From the NCBI GenBank assembly GCA_951406725.2, contig OX597823.1, positions 116,560,001 to 116,624,000 on the forward strand: a stretch of 64,000 nt of DNA, read 5' to 3'. The notes under the pieces are model-generated. The model did not search any database. It was not told the DNA's origin and saw only the letters and a list, made by a program, of their open reading frames with translations. Source of the stretch: Octopus vulgaris (Eukaryota). Positions 23,990-37,826 of this stretch are shown here, piece after piece (the stretch's first letter is position 1; every line of letters starts with the position of its first letter). The position numbers and the translations under genes were made by a program.

Positions 23990-25535
23990 TTATTACTCTT
24001 TTATTCTGTTACTTGTTTCAGTCATTTGAGTGTGTCCATGCTGGAGCACCGCCTTTTAGTTGAAGAAATTGACCCCTGGATTTATTCTTTGTAAACCTGG
24101 TGTTTATTCTATCGATATCTTTTGCCAAGCTGCAAAGCTACGGGGATGTAAACACACCAACATCGGTTTCTAGGCGATGGTGGTGGGAGGAACAAACACA
24201 TACATAAATATCTATATATATAAATACATATATATGTAAGTAGCGTTAGCGGTTGGAATAACCAACTAAGGGATAAGAATATCCGTTATTACTACCAGTA
24301 TATATAACTTATGTTAACCCTGGGCATGGGTATGCAAGCATACTATGCACATAGGATACAGGTAATAACAGAATAAATGAGTTTATCGGGAATCAAATTT
24401 AAAATGAGCAGAAAGTGGAGAAAACTTTTGATCAACAAACAAATTGACTTCCTTTGGTTAAATGATTTTTAATACAAAACTTAAACATTGCTTACAGCTG
24501 TTTCTGCTGCCAATGTCAGTTGATACTGCCAAAGAAAACTAGGAGAATAATATTCATCATCTTTATAACACATCCGATGTAGTACATGGAGCTTCATCAG
24601 AGTAGGTACAAATACATAAAATAAAAGAAGAGAAAAGAGAAGAGGACAGAAGAGGACTGTGAGATGTGGAAAGAAGGATTGATAAATTAGAATCATACCA
24701 TTTTGCAGTGTAAAGCTTGAAGTTGATGAGCAAATGAATAAACTAGCAAATAAATATAGAAAAATAATTGGTTGGTTAATCTTTCTTTAGGGGTACCAGG
24801 GTGTATAAATAATAAGAAAATAAAACTAGTACACAAGTATAACAGGATTCGCCAATAAGTCTAGAAAAAGAATAGGACTTATGATCTCGTAAATAATTCA
24901 TATTTATCCGAAAAACATACCCGAAAGATTGCTCTATTTACGAAATCATAAGAACATCTGAACTTAAAGGTTAAAAACTGCAAGAACTTTCTTGACAACC
25001 TAATATATATATATATATACACACACACACGCATACATATATTCATATAGAAACATGCATATAAATACATATTGAAAGTAATTGAAATTGAAACCATATA
25101 ATAGTGAAAGTATTAATAGAGATTTTATTGCTTCCCTTTTGACATGTAATCCTGAAATAGTATAAGAGATAAGAGATTGGTCTGGGCTCACATTAGGCAA
25201 GAAGTTGAAAATCTTTTTGGTCCAAGACACTGCATGAACCCTAAGTAAGGTATGTCTAAAATTTGAATGAAATTGGTTGGGTAGTTCTTGAGTTTTAGTG
25301 ATGCACACATACAGACACACAGACAAACACACATACACATGCACATTCTCAGTTTTATATATATAGATATATGATGGGTTTCTTTCAGTTTCCATCTATC
25401 AAATCTACTCATAAGTCTTTCGTTGGATCAAGGCCATAACAGGAGACATTTGCCCAAGGTGCCACACAGTGGGACTGAACCTGGAACCGTGTGGTTGGGA
25501 AGCAAGCTTCTTACTACTCAGCTACACCTGCACCA
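23990..25535 (-). mobile_element. SINE family A split by about 1.1 kb of nested insertions
   Basis: 3' half at 23990-24205, 5' half at 25370-25535; between them a hammerhead-bearing segment (24236-25000) and a Helitron-like 5' end (about 25100-25368). Confidence 0.65.
24489..24604 (-). ncRNA. Hammerhead-like motif with very long stem II insert
   Basis: TACT-CTGATGA-AGCT...(about 85 nt)...AGCA-GAAA-CAGCTG-TA-AGCA: canonical core, perfect palindrome ACAGCTGT, GUA triplet; stem I short with one mismatch. Confidence 0.45.
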
Positions 25536-25746
25536 ATCTACATGGAAAAATTAAAAATATATTGGTTGAGAAATATAGTTTCATGTCAACATACAAATGT
25601 ACTATGAACAGTTTTGTTTTGGTAAATTGCACCTTCATAGATAGACTCAGATGAGACACAGCATATACAGCTACATAAGTACATATAAACCTTGTGATGG
25701 AGATCTGCAGGCAGATACCTGCATACATACATACATACATAAATAC

Positions 25747-25804
<58 letters not shown>

Positions 25805-25821
25805 GTGTGTGTGTGTATGTG

Positions 25822-25868
<47 letters not shown>

Positions 25869-25872
25869 GTAT

Positions 25873-25909
<37 letters not shown>

Positions 25910-25924
25910 GATATATATGTATGC

Positions 25925-25970
<46 letters not shown>

Positions 25971-26528
25971 GCGCAGGTACACACTTTGCAAATGTAAAGT
26001 AATCTAACACCTAACATACACATACATTAATAGTCATTAATAAATTATTGGTACATTAGTAGCAGTGTTTCATTTTCATGTTTATTTTTGCTATAGAATA
26101 AAAATATACCTGAGATTTTATCCAAATCTATGTGTAAATTAATATGAATTTATGTGTGTGTGTGTGTGAGTGTGCGTATGTTTATGTATCTATTTGCATG
26201 TGCATCTGTATGCATGCATGTGTATGTGCATATATATATATATTTCAATGGGTGAATGAATTATCCTATGTTTACCGTTAACATGGAAAATTCAATGAGC
26301 CGTTACCAGGGTAGCAAATTCACGTCAGAAACACGGTTGAAGTGACAAAACCATGTTGTCTTCGAAACATATGTCGAAAGTAAAAGAATGTTATTAACAT
26401 CTTCATTCAACTCCATTTATTTATTTGTAAAAGACTTGTTTTATTTCTATTCCTGAGCGCCATACTAATACAATTGTTTGTTTGTACTCCACCTGCCTTC
26501 GTCTTTTGTTTATTTTCGTAAACCTTCC

Positions 26529-26570
<42 letters not shown>

Positions 26571-26615
26571 ATCTATGTGTGTGTGTGTGTGTGTGTGTGT
26601 ATGCGTATAAATATA

Positions 26616-27482
26616 CAGGATGTGATGGATAAACTTTCACCATTTTATATTCTTAATTTTGCACATTTGCATTGTTTGTTTTTGATTTTGTCAATTACAC
26701 AGTATAGTAGGGTCAGTTGGGTACCATCTGTGAGAAAAACAGAACCATGATGCAATTCACTCTGCCAGAAATTTGGAAACAGCATGCTGTACCACTTGGC
26801 ATTCACACTGGAAGATCCAATATGACCATTTCATAGTGCTTAGGTATCAATCTAAGGACAGTGCAATCTGATGACATGTACCGACAGTGATGAAAATCAA
26901 ACATCCAGTCAACATCGTGGTGTTTAGAGTGATCACTAGTGCTTGCAACATTATGCCTCCATTCATCTTCCTACGAGGCTTCAGACTCAACATCGAGGCC
27001 TACATCAAGTGTCTCAAAGAGGTAGTGCTGCCCTGGGTCAAGAGGGTGGCTGCCGGAAGACCCTATGTCTGGCAACAGGACTCTGCACCATGCTACTCAA
27101 GCAGGAAAACCTAGTCATGGCTGTCAGACAATTTCTGCGACCACATCACCCCTAACATCTGGCCACCCAACTCCTCAGACTGCAAACCCCTTGATTATTA
27201 TGCATGGGGCACAGTTGAACAAAAGACCAACAAAATGCCTTATAACTGAAGGCAAGGATTACGGCAGCATTCACCAACTTAAATGAGGAGACCATCCAGA
27301 AGAATTGCAGAAGATTCAGAAGACATCTGGAAGCTGTGGTTGAAGCCAATGGCGATTTTATTAAATAAATTTACTCTTTAATATTTCAAGATATTTTAAT
27401 GTAATTTTGGTAAATATATCTGTTAAAATGAGATGTTATTTTTGATTTTGTGTAACTTTAACAGTTTATTTATCACACCCTG
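26616..27482 (+). mobile_element. maT (DD37D) Tc1/mariner transposon, internally deleted and decayed
   Basis: TA|CAGGATGTGATGGATAAACT ... AGTTTATTTATCACACCCTG|TA TIRs; translation VWQQD-SAPCYSSRKT*SWLSDNFCDHITPNIWPPNSSDCKPL-DYY has exactly 37 positions between the two aspartates. Confidence 0.85.
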
Positions 27483-27507
27483 TATATTTGTAGCTACAAC
27501 TAGTTTT

Positions 27508-27545
<38 letters not shown>

Positions 27546-28330
27546 TATGCATGTATGTATGTATTTATGTATAGCTTATGTGCAGAAGTATGTTGTAAAT
27601 AATTTTACATTTATTTATAATAAACCTTATTGTTTCATGTGCTTCCTGGCCATGTACTTTCAGGTTGGCAAGCCTCAACAATCACCAGAAAATATATTGT
27701 CTGATGTTCCTATATTTAGGAATGAAATGCTAAGTGGTGTCTGCCATGGAAGAGGCAAAATCATGCCAAAACACAACGTCTGGTAGTCTACTGACGTCAT
27801 TTAGTGTATTTGGCTTGTCAGGTTTCCACATAGAGAGTTTAGAGAGAGAAATGTTTCTCAATGAGAGCATGTTAAAGACAAATGTGAAAAAAAGACTTTC
27901 CAATCACACAGCCATGCCTGCACCTCTACATACAAATATATATATATATATATATATATATGATCCAACCCATGCTAGCATGGAAAGCGGACGTTAAACG
28001 ATGATGATGATGATGATGATCCAAAGATAAAAAATTTTTAATCTTCGGATTTTTTAAAAACTATGCTAAGCCACTGGTTTTCATTGATTAATATCAATTT
28101 CTACCCTTATTTAATTTTATATATATATATTGCTAAGATGATCCGGTTCCCGACTGAAGATTAGAGGCTTCGAGTGCCCCGTCTGTTTTTTGTGTCGTCT
28201 CTTTGTGTGTTTTTGTGTTCTTGTCCCACTTTGTAATTTATAATTTATATTTAATTTCTATACATATATATATATATATATATGCTTACACATATATATA
28301 TGTATATATATGTATATCAGTTTACGTAGT

Positions 28331-28560
28331 AGAGGCGCAATGGCCTAGTGGTTAGGGCAGCGGACTCGCGGTCGCAGGATCGCGGTTTCGATTCTCAGAC
28401 CGGGCGTTGTGTGTGTTTATTGAGCGAAAACACCTAAAAGCTCTACGAGGCTCCGGCAGGGGGTGGTGATCCCTGCTGTACTCTTTCACCACAATGGCGG
28501 TGCCCCAGCATGGCCACAGCTCAAGAGCTGAAACTGGAAAAACAAAAAAACAAAACAAAA
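28331..28560 (+). mobile_element. Chimeric SINE: tRNA-Arg head with a family-A-like tail
   Basis: 28331-28492 matches 19478/55382, then switches to GGCGGTGCCCCAGCATGGCCACAG...GAAAC. Confidence 0.65.
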
Positions 28561-28584
28561 TATGTATCCGTCCAGGAATCAATT

Positions 28585-28747
28585 AGGCACAGGAGTGGCT
28601 GTATGGTAAGTCGCTTGCTTACCAACTACATAGCTGCGGGTTCAGTCCCACTGTGTGGCAACTTGGGCAAATGTCTTCTACTATAGCCTTGGGCCAACCA
28701 AAACCTTGTGAGAGGATTTGGTAGGAGGAAACTGAAAGAAGCCCGTC

Positions 28748-28779
<32 letters not shown>

Positions 28780-28940
28780 TTGTGTGTCTGTATTTGTCCC
28801 CCCAACATCGCTAAACAACTGATGCTGGTGTGTTTACGTACCCATCACTTAGCAGTTCGGCAAAAGAGACCGATAGAATATGTACTAGGCTTACAAAGAA
28901 TGAGTCCTGGGGTCGATTTGCTCGACCAAAGGTGGTGTGG
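28585..28940 (+). mobile_element. SINE family A, 3' truncated
   Basis: Homology to 20-437. Confidence 0.85.
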
Positions 28941-30722
28941 AAACAAATAGAAAAAAAAATATATAGAAGGGTTAAAATCATTAAACTAATAATGTATACC
29001 AGTGGTCAGCATAAGTAAAAAATGTTCAAAGACATAAATATTTTTATAATATATATGAGTGTACAAAAATTTATACATGGAGAGAAGACTACTAAGTCAT
29101 GTTCTTACATGCTAAAGAAGGCAGTCAGAACCCCAAACCATGAAAAATATTCTTATTTTGGGCACCTTCTCACTTACCATCAAAGTGCCCTAATGAATGT
29201 TTTCCATGGTTTGGGCTTTTGACTGCTCCCTTTAGCCTATAAGAAAACCATTTAGTCGTCTTCTCTCCTTGTATAAATTTTTATACACTCATATATAAAT
29301 ATAAATATATAGATTTCACCCAGCATTGGCACAGGCCACGTCTAACTTAACAGCACCACCTGGAAAAGACATTTAATGATGCTTCTTTAGTTTTTCTTTG
29401 GGAACCATAGCCGATTCAAGTAAAGAGTTATTATTTGCAGAGATATATTTGTGTGTTAGTGGTTTATCTCAAATTCATTGAACTTATCCATCCAGCAAAC
29501 ATTTTGAATGTCAGAGGGTCTTTATATATCTGATATATAAATCCTATTCTTTCTGTCTGTTTTCTGTGCACTTATAACTCAAGTATTGCTCATCTGATCA
29601 TGCTGAAATTTTAAACATGGATACACGAGAGAGTGGGACATTCCGTAATCTAGAACGATTTTCAAAATTGTCAGTTTCAAAGTGAGAATCGCTATTTTTG
29701 TAATCTTTTTGTCCTGCTTCTTCTGCCATCCTGTTCATTAACCAACGTCCTAAACAATTCATTTCTACATTTCCACATTTAAATGACAGATAAATGTAAA
29801 TAAAGCTTGCTGTTTGTAAATACAGTCTCATTTTGATTGAAATATCAGACCACGAACAACTGTATTCATTTCTGCATTTTCACACGTTTGTAAGCGGTTA
29901 AAAAGATCGATATCGCTCTAACTTTAATTAATTGCAATCAACCACATGCATTTGCAGTCAAATGTGCTCTTACAACTGTTTTTCATGCAATAAACCAGCT
30001 GACATGAAAAACTACTAGGAAAAGGCATTTACTTTAAGTGAGCAAAAAAGGGAAAATAAAATAAATAAATAACTGGTGGTTACTCAATTTTCTGAAGATA
30101 TTCTCAACAAAATTCAATTGAAAGTAGAAAAAGCTAACTGATTGCTTATAAAATGTGAAAAGTTTTGGGGGTTACATCTAAAACCTTGCCTAACGTTTCT
30201 CATCGAACTTAAAAAAAATTAGCGGTATTGTTCAATTTTTGAGATAAAATTGATTTGCAAAGAACATGTCTTATGTTATTTTATTGCACATTGTATTATT
30301 TCACCCCTGAGTTTCAACTCTTTTTGTGTCAGTTTTTGAGACAAGAGAGACTTCACTTAGCATTTTTGCACCTTTATTGGAGTAGGGGCTTAAAGGAGTA
30401 GGGGCTGAAACTGGACGTGGTTCATGATGATGATGTCCTTAGCCACTGGATCCTATAAAGGAGCTGTTGAGGTAGCAAACCACAAAACGTGGTTGGAATT
30501 CCTCAGTAGAGAGGTAAAGTCTGAGAGAAAGGGAGATGACACATGGGTTGGTAGGTTGCCAGAGTATGAGTGGAAAGACAGGCACAGAACATAGAGAGAG
30601 CAAGAAATGTGTGGTTAGAGAGGCAAGTCAACAGGACGTGGTTCAATCAAGAGATCAGTGGTAAAGAAATCTTTTAATGTTTCTTTCATTCTCTTTCCTC
30701 CCTTACTTTTTGACTCACCTCG

Positions 30723-31281
<559 letters not shown>

Positions 31282-31769
31282 CATATTCACATATTACAGG
31301 TTGATAAAGACAGAGACTATGGAAGATGTGAGAGAAAATAGTTGATGTATTATTCGATCTAATGACCACCTTGTTGGAATGTCTGTGGAAAATTTGTGAC
31401 AGAGTCGTTAAGAGAACCCATGAGAGAGATTTATTAGCTATTAATTAAGGAAGAAAGTTAGAGCATGGTGGCAGTGCCAATGGTGGTGGTGGTGGTCGTG
31501 GTCGTGATAGGAGTGGTGTTGGCATTGGTTGTGGTGTAGCCTGTCAGAGTCTGGTACCAAGTTGATGAAGTGGTGGAAGAGGACGAGAAGGGATGGTGGG
31601 AAGGGGGTGGAGGGTGGAGGGGACTATATCATTAATTACGTAAAGATGAAGACAAAATTGATCATTCATTAGAGTAGAGGATTGTTAACGATGGAAGAGG
31701 AGGAGATTTTTTATTTATTCATTAAGACAGGAGGTGATTTATCTTTCATTCAGCGGAGAACACTTACAC

Positions 31770-31936
31770 TAGTTGCAGTTGTTGTTGTTATTGTTGTTGT
31801 TGTTGTTGTGGTCATTGTCATTGTATCAACAGTTATGTGTCTTTTTTTAGTAATAGCAGTAGTAGTAGTAGTAGTAGCAGCAGCAGCAGTAGCATTAGAA
31901 GTAGTAGTAGTACTAGTAGCAGCAGCAGCAATGGTT

Positions 31937-31967
<31 letters not shown>

Positions 31968-32135
31968 CAGCAGCAGCAGCAGTAGCATTAGAAGTAGTAG
32001 TAGTAGTAGTAGTAATAGTAGCAGCAGCAATGGATGTAGTAGTAGCAGCAGCAGTGGTTGTAGTAGTAGTAGTGGTGGTAGTAGTAGTGGTGGTGGTGGT
32101 GGTGGTGGTGGCGGTGGTAGTAGTAGTAGCAATGG
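31770..32135. repeat. Compound (GTT)/(GTA)/(GCA)/(GGT) trinucleotide array with higher-order duplication
   Basis: The block GCAGCAGTAGCATTAGAAGTAGTA...GCAGCAATGG occurs twice. Confidence 0.9.
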
Positions 32136-32744
32136 AGGAAGAGAGGAGGTTTTTACGTTTGAGGGTTGTGGCATTGATGGTGTTGGGTAGTCGTCAAGGT
32201 GATGTTAGTAGCGTTGGTGGTGATGGCGGCATTGGTAGTGGTGTTGGTGATGGCTTGTGGTCGTGGGTGGTAATGCTGGTATCCAGAAAAATGGTGGGGG
32301 GGGGTGACAAATTTGATTCTTATTCCGAGCATTTTGTCGGTGATCCATTCCAAACTGTTGGTACAGTTATGAAATACCATAAATGAAATAATAATCTACC
32401 TGCAAATGCCACGAGGAAAAGTCAGTTTGAATGTTTCGGTGGGGAGCAGGGTAGAGGGACGGTGGGAGAGGTGGATGTAAGTATTCCATTGAGGAAGAAG
32501 CTGTTGTGTTCGAGGGGATCTTGCAGGAATCCTCGTTAACGAATTAATTGTTTGGTTGTATGTATATTAATTTAGTTTTAGGGAGAGTAAACATTATTGT
32601 ATTGTATTAGTTAAGAGGAGAAGTACAAGTTTAATGTAAACAGTTTTAACAATACCCCCCACGGTCTGCTGGTGTGTGTGTGTGTATGTGTGTGTGTGCG
32701 TGAGAGTGTGCATTGTATGACCAACCATGGTACTAGTGCTGATA

Positions 32745-33045
32745 GCAATCATCAGAATCATCGTCATCATCATCACAATCATTGTAATCATCATCATCAT
32801 TGTCATTATCGTCATCGTTGTCGTTGTCTTCATCATCGTCATCATCATAATCATTATCATCATCATCATCCTTGTCAATTTCATCATCATCATTATCATA
32901 ATCATCATCATCATCATCATCATAATCTTCATCATCATCATCGTTGTCATCATAATCATAATCACTATTATCATCATTGTCATCGCCATCATCATCATCG
33001 TCATCATCATCATCATCGGTATTATCATAATCATCATCATCATTC
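32745..33045. repeat. Degenerate (ATC)n array
   Basis: Seen directly. Confidence 0.9.
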
Positions 33046-33200
33046 TGCTAATTAACACTTTCATTGCCCTCAGTACTGTAAGTGTCTCATCACTATAATC
33101 ATAATAATTACCTCCGTCACTTTTCATCCAACTTCAAACATCTGACTAAACCTCCTCACGTCTAACTACAGAATTATCATTATTATTATTATTATTATTA

Positions 33201-33237
<37 letters not shown>

Positions 33238-33428
33238 GTAAGAGTGGAACCTATTGTTAGCTAGGCAGACTGCACTTATACACCTAGAGATGCAGCTATG
33301 GCTGTGTGGTAAGAAGCTTGCTTCCCTATCACATGACTGTGTTCAGTTCTATCATGTGGAACCTTGCATAGTCTCAGGCCAATGAGTGGAGTTGGTAAAC
33401 AGAAACTGAATGAAGTCTTATGTGTAGT

Positions 33429-33472
<44 letters not shown>

Positions 33473-33614
33473 TCTATATAATTGAAAAAACTGGAGTATG
33501 GTTGGACATTTATTTTTTAATCACTACAATTGTTTCCATGCAACTTCTTCCCTGTATTATCAGATCTAGATGTGTTTCTTCGGGCGATATTCGATAATAA
33601 TAGCAATAACAATA

Positions 33615-33667
<53 letters not shown>

Positions 33668-33677
33668 TATAAAAATC

Positions 33678-33715
<38 letters not shown>

Positions 33716-34005
33716 TCAGTGAGCTCTTTTCACCCTCCCCTCCCCCCTATTCATATGTACGTTGTCAGGTTGTATTTCTCTCTCTATATATGTATGTATG
33801 TATGCCTGTCTGCATGTTTACTATGCATAAATGTATGTACCTACATAAGTAAATATATATGTGTGTGTAAGTGTGTGTATGCACACACAAGCATGTGTGC
33901 GTGTCTATGTATGTACATATATTTGTATATGTGTATGTGAGTGCACATACATATCTGTATATGTGTGCGTGTATGTATATACGTATATATGTAGACATAT
34001 ATATG

Positions 34006-34037
<32 letters not shown>

Positions 34038-34776
34038 CACATGCTTGTTTGTGTGTATATGTATATATATATATGTGTGTGTGTGAATAGATATATATGT
34101 ATGTGTGTGAATGTGTCCAAGCATTAGTACCTATATGGAAGTATATATGAACCAACACATATCTGTACTTATAGGATGAATCTTGAAGGTCAGCTAAGGA
34201 CAATTGCATGTGTAATCCACAGTACAAAGAAATCAAAATGCTAATTCCGTTAAAATGGCAATCACTTTAACAGTACCAGAATCACCATTCCACTACATCC
34301 ACACATTCAAAGCAGTTTTCCAATCGTCCTTCAGCAACAACACTCCTTGATAAACTCAGTTACTACTACTAAATTCAGGCCCCAACAGACAGAGAGGATG
34401 TTTTTGAAGCCAACAATTTGAAGTTACAGAGACAATATTTACATATCGCTTGAGGAAACACAACTAGATCTCATAATGCAGGGAAACAGTTGCATAATCA
34501 AGTACCTGTACTCCTGGAGAACTATGTTGCATGGAGACAATTGTAGTGATTGAAAAATAAATATCTAACCATACTCTTTCTTGTTGACTCCAGTTTTTTT
34601 GGTTACCTATTCACACACAACAGTTGCCCAAACACAAACCTGGAAGCATGTATAATACTACTACTGGATAGCAAACGGTAAATCTGAAGGTTTATAGCCT
34701 CAGATTTATGAACTTTATACTGCAGTCTACTACGTTCTTAAAAAAATATACCATAACTATATGAGTATATATATAT

Positions 34777-35242
34777 CATCATCATCATCGTTTAACGTCC
34801 GCTTTCCATGCTAGCATGGGTTGGATGATTTTGACTGAGGGCTGGTGAACCAGATGGCTGCACCAGGCTCCAATCTTGAGCTGGCAGAGTTTCTACAGCT
34901 GGATGCCCTTGCTAATGCCAACCACTCTGTGAGTGCAGTGGGTGCTTTTTATGTGCCACAAGCACAGGGGCCAGTCAGGCGGTACTGGCAATGACCTTGC
35001 TCGAATCTTTTTACACATGGCACTGACACAGGTGCCAGTAAGGTGACACTGGTAACGATCACACTCGAATGGTACCTTTTACATGCCACCGGCACGGAAG
35101 CCAGTTATCCGCTCTGGCAACGATCACACTCAGATGGTGCTCTTGGCACCCTACTAGCACGGGCACAAGTGCCAGTAAAGTGACACTGGTAACGATCACA
35201 CTTGAATGGTGCCTTTTATGTGCCACTGGCACGGAAGCCGGT
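34777..35242 (-). mobile_element. RTE-type 3' UTR with tandem subunits and (GAT)n tail
   Basis: Colinear with 42783-43330 and 52165-52550. Confidence 0.75.
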
Positions 35243-35467
35243 TCATATAAATATATAAATGGATGAATGAATTATCCTTTGTCTACGGTTTACATGGAAA
35301 ATTCAATAAACAGTTACCACGGTAGCAAAATTCACGCAAGTAACAAGGATGTAGCGACCTATTCAACGGTAGAAATTTCGGGTTAATGTGCAGTAATTTG
35401 TATAGTATAAGTAAACAAATAAAGAAATCAAAATGCTAGTTCTGTTAAAATGGTAACCACTTTATAA

Positions 35468-35696
35468 TTATAATTCAGTTCATTTCTTGTAACAATAATA
35501 AAAAAGATGATGAGAAATGAGATAATTATTGTCACGATAATTATCCCCCTCATCAGTTACCTTCAACACAGTCACTACTCAACATTTATTTACTTATATA
35601 TATATATAGATAGAGTGTATGTATATATATATATAAATATATTATATATATGTACGCATACATATATATGTGTGTGTGTGTGTATATATAAATATG

Positions 35697-35757
<61 letters not shown>

Positions 35758-35982
35758 GGAGTTTAATGCAGGTATAAATCAAATACTTTTTTTTCCAACA
35801 CATGTTTCGAAAATTCCACTGATATTATTCAAAAGAATAAATGGTATAAAACAATGCAATCTTCTCTTCAGGGAAGTGAAAAAACGAAACTCGTCAATAA
35901 AACATTTTACCAAAAAAATGATGGATGTGTATAGTGATTTACTGAACGCTATTAATATTGTTAACAAGGCAAAAATACACTC

Positions 35983-36014
<32 letters not shown>

Positions 36015-36222
36015 TCATACATACATGCACAGTAATCCCTCGACTATGGCAGGTGTTATGTTCCAAAATCCCATGAAAGGTGAACCACAATATGGTGAGG
36101 GATTATAATTCAGTTGATTTCTTGTAACAATGATAAAAAAGATGATGAGAAATGAGATAATTATTGTCACCATAATTATCTTCCTCATCAGTTATCTTCA
36201 ACACAGTCACTACTCAACATTT
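35468..36222. repeat. Direct repeat of about 120 bp (35468-35587 and 36103-36222) containing a hairpin
   Basis: TTATAATTCAGTT...GATAATTATTGTCAC.ATAATTATC...CACAGTCACTACTCAACATTT present twice. Confidence 0.85.
35793..35875 (-). ncRNA. Type-I hammerhead ribozyme motif, apparently intact
   Basis: TTCC-CTGAAGA-GAAGATT...CATTG...TTATTC TTTT GAATAA...CAGTG..AATTTTC-GAAA-CATGTG-TT-GGAA: all core nucleotides, G10.1-C11.1 pair, extended stem II, GUU triplet; about 40 nt upstream of (TA)n. Confidence 0.75.
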
Positions 36223-36448
36223 TCTTTCCTACTTCCATATATTAACAATTAATCATTCATTACAAGTTTTACCAACACTGGCACTGTGTTTACAATTGGT
36301 TGCAATGTATAAATCAAATCAAATGCTAATACAAGCTCTCTGTAGGTAGAAAAAGAAGGATCATTCCATCGGTCCAACTGGCTTCTGGTTTTGGGAGTAG
36401 ACTCATCAGAAGCTGTACATCTATCAGTGTGCAGAGACTTTGTATGTT

Positions 36449-36486
<38 letters not shown>

Positions 36487-36487
<1 letters not shown>

Positions 36488-36648
36488 GCGTAGGAGTGGC
36501 TGTGTGGTAAGTAGCTTGCTTACAAACCACATGGTTCCGGGTTCAGTCCCACTGTGTGGCATCTTGGGCAGGTGTCTTCTACTATAGCCTTGGGCCAACC
36601 AAAGCCTTGTGAGTGGATTTGGTAAAAGGGAACTGAAAGAAGCCTGTC

Positions 36649-36686
<38 letters not shown>

Positions 36687-36902
36687 ATGCATGTGTCTGT
36701 GTTTGTCCCCCCCCCAACATCACTTGACAACCGATGATGGTGTCTTTACGTCCCCGTAACTTAGCGGTTTGGCAAAAGAGTCCGATAGAATAAGTACTAG
36801 GCTTACAGAGAATAAGTCCTGGGGTTGATTTGCTTGATTAAAGGCGGTGCTCCAGCATGGCCACAGTCAAATGACTGAAACAAGTAAAAAGAGAGTAAAA
36901 AG
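36487..36902 (+). mobile_element. SINE family A, full length
   Basis: Homology to 20-437. Confidence 0.9.
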
Positions 36903-37073
36903 TGATACCTACATGAACAGACATAACCTAGTTTGCATACACAGTTTATTGCTGGCAGCTCATTGAATAAATTAAATATTGATGCACTTCATACTCGTCA
37001 TATCTCCAAGTCAATTTAATTCATATTGACATCTAACTCCAAAATGTGTGACCATGAATCAATATTAAGAATG

Positions 37074-37115
<42 letters not shown>

Positions 37116-37168
37116 GTTATTATCATTATTATTATCATTATTAATATTATTATTATTATCATTATTAA

Positions 37169-37210
<42 letters not shown>

Positions 37211-37255
37211 CATTATTATTATCATTATTAATATTATTATTATTATCATTATTAA

Positions 37256-37288
<33 letters not shown>

Positions 37289-37379
37289 CATTATTAATAT
37301 CATTATTATTATCATTATTAATATTATTATTATTATCATTATTATTATTATCATTATTAATATTATTATTATTATTATT
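37074..37379. repeat. (ATT)n array with recurring ATTATCATTATTAAT higher-order unit
   Basis: Seen directly. Confidence 0.95.
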
Positions 37380-37826
37380 CAGTAGTTTTATTTTTATTTT
37401 TATAGCGTGCTTTCACTTCACTACCGAGCGCAGCTCTGTGTGCCTTGGGTATGTGCTGTGATTTGTTGTGATGCTCTGATGGTTATTGTATGGAAAGTGT
37501 TCTGCGTAGGATGTGGGCAGTGCCTAGTAGTGCAATTTTCTGTATGTTATATGTGTTTGTAAGTCCTCTGGTGTTTTTGTTATGTATTTGTCTGAATATT
37601 TTTTTATCATGCCTAATGCACCTACTATGATAGGAATTGTTTCTGTTTTCAGATTCCACATTCTAGTTACCTCTATTTCCAGGTCTTTGTATTTTGAGAG
37701 TTTCTCCATTTCTTTTAGAGACACGTTGTCATCTGCCGGTATTGATACATCAATTAAAAAGCATTTTTTTCTTCATGATCTCTGACAACTATATCTGGTC
37801 TGTTGGCCTTAATTTCTCTATCTGTG

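Noticed and set aside
31682-33127. Long ORFs of poly-Val, poly-Ser, poly-Leu, poly-His or poly-Met (113-234 aa)
   Set aside because: They are open only because trinucleotide arrays lack stops in several frames on both strands; no domain is recognisable.
35505-35560. CTGATGA followed by a hairpin on the minus strand (also at about 36140-36195)
   Set aside because: No GAAA, NUH or closing stem I after the hairpin, so it is not a hammerhead as it stands.
36380-36420. GCTT-CTGATGA-GTCTACTC...AAGC on the minus strand
   Set aside because: No GAAA and no convincing stem II or III.
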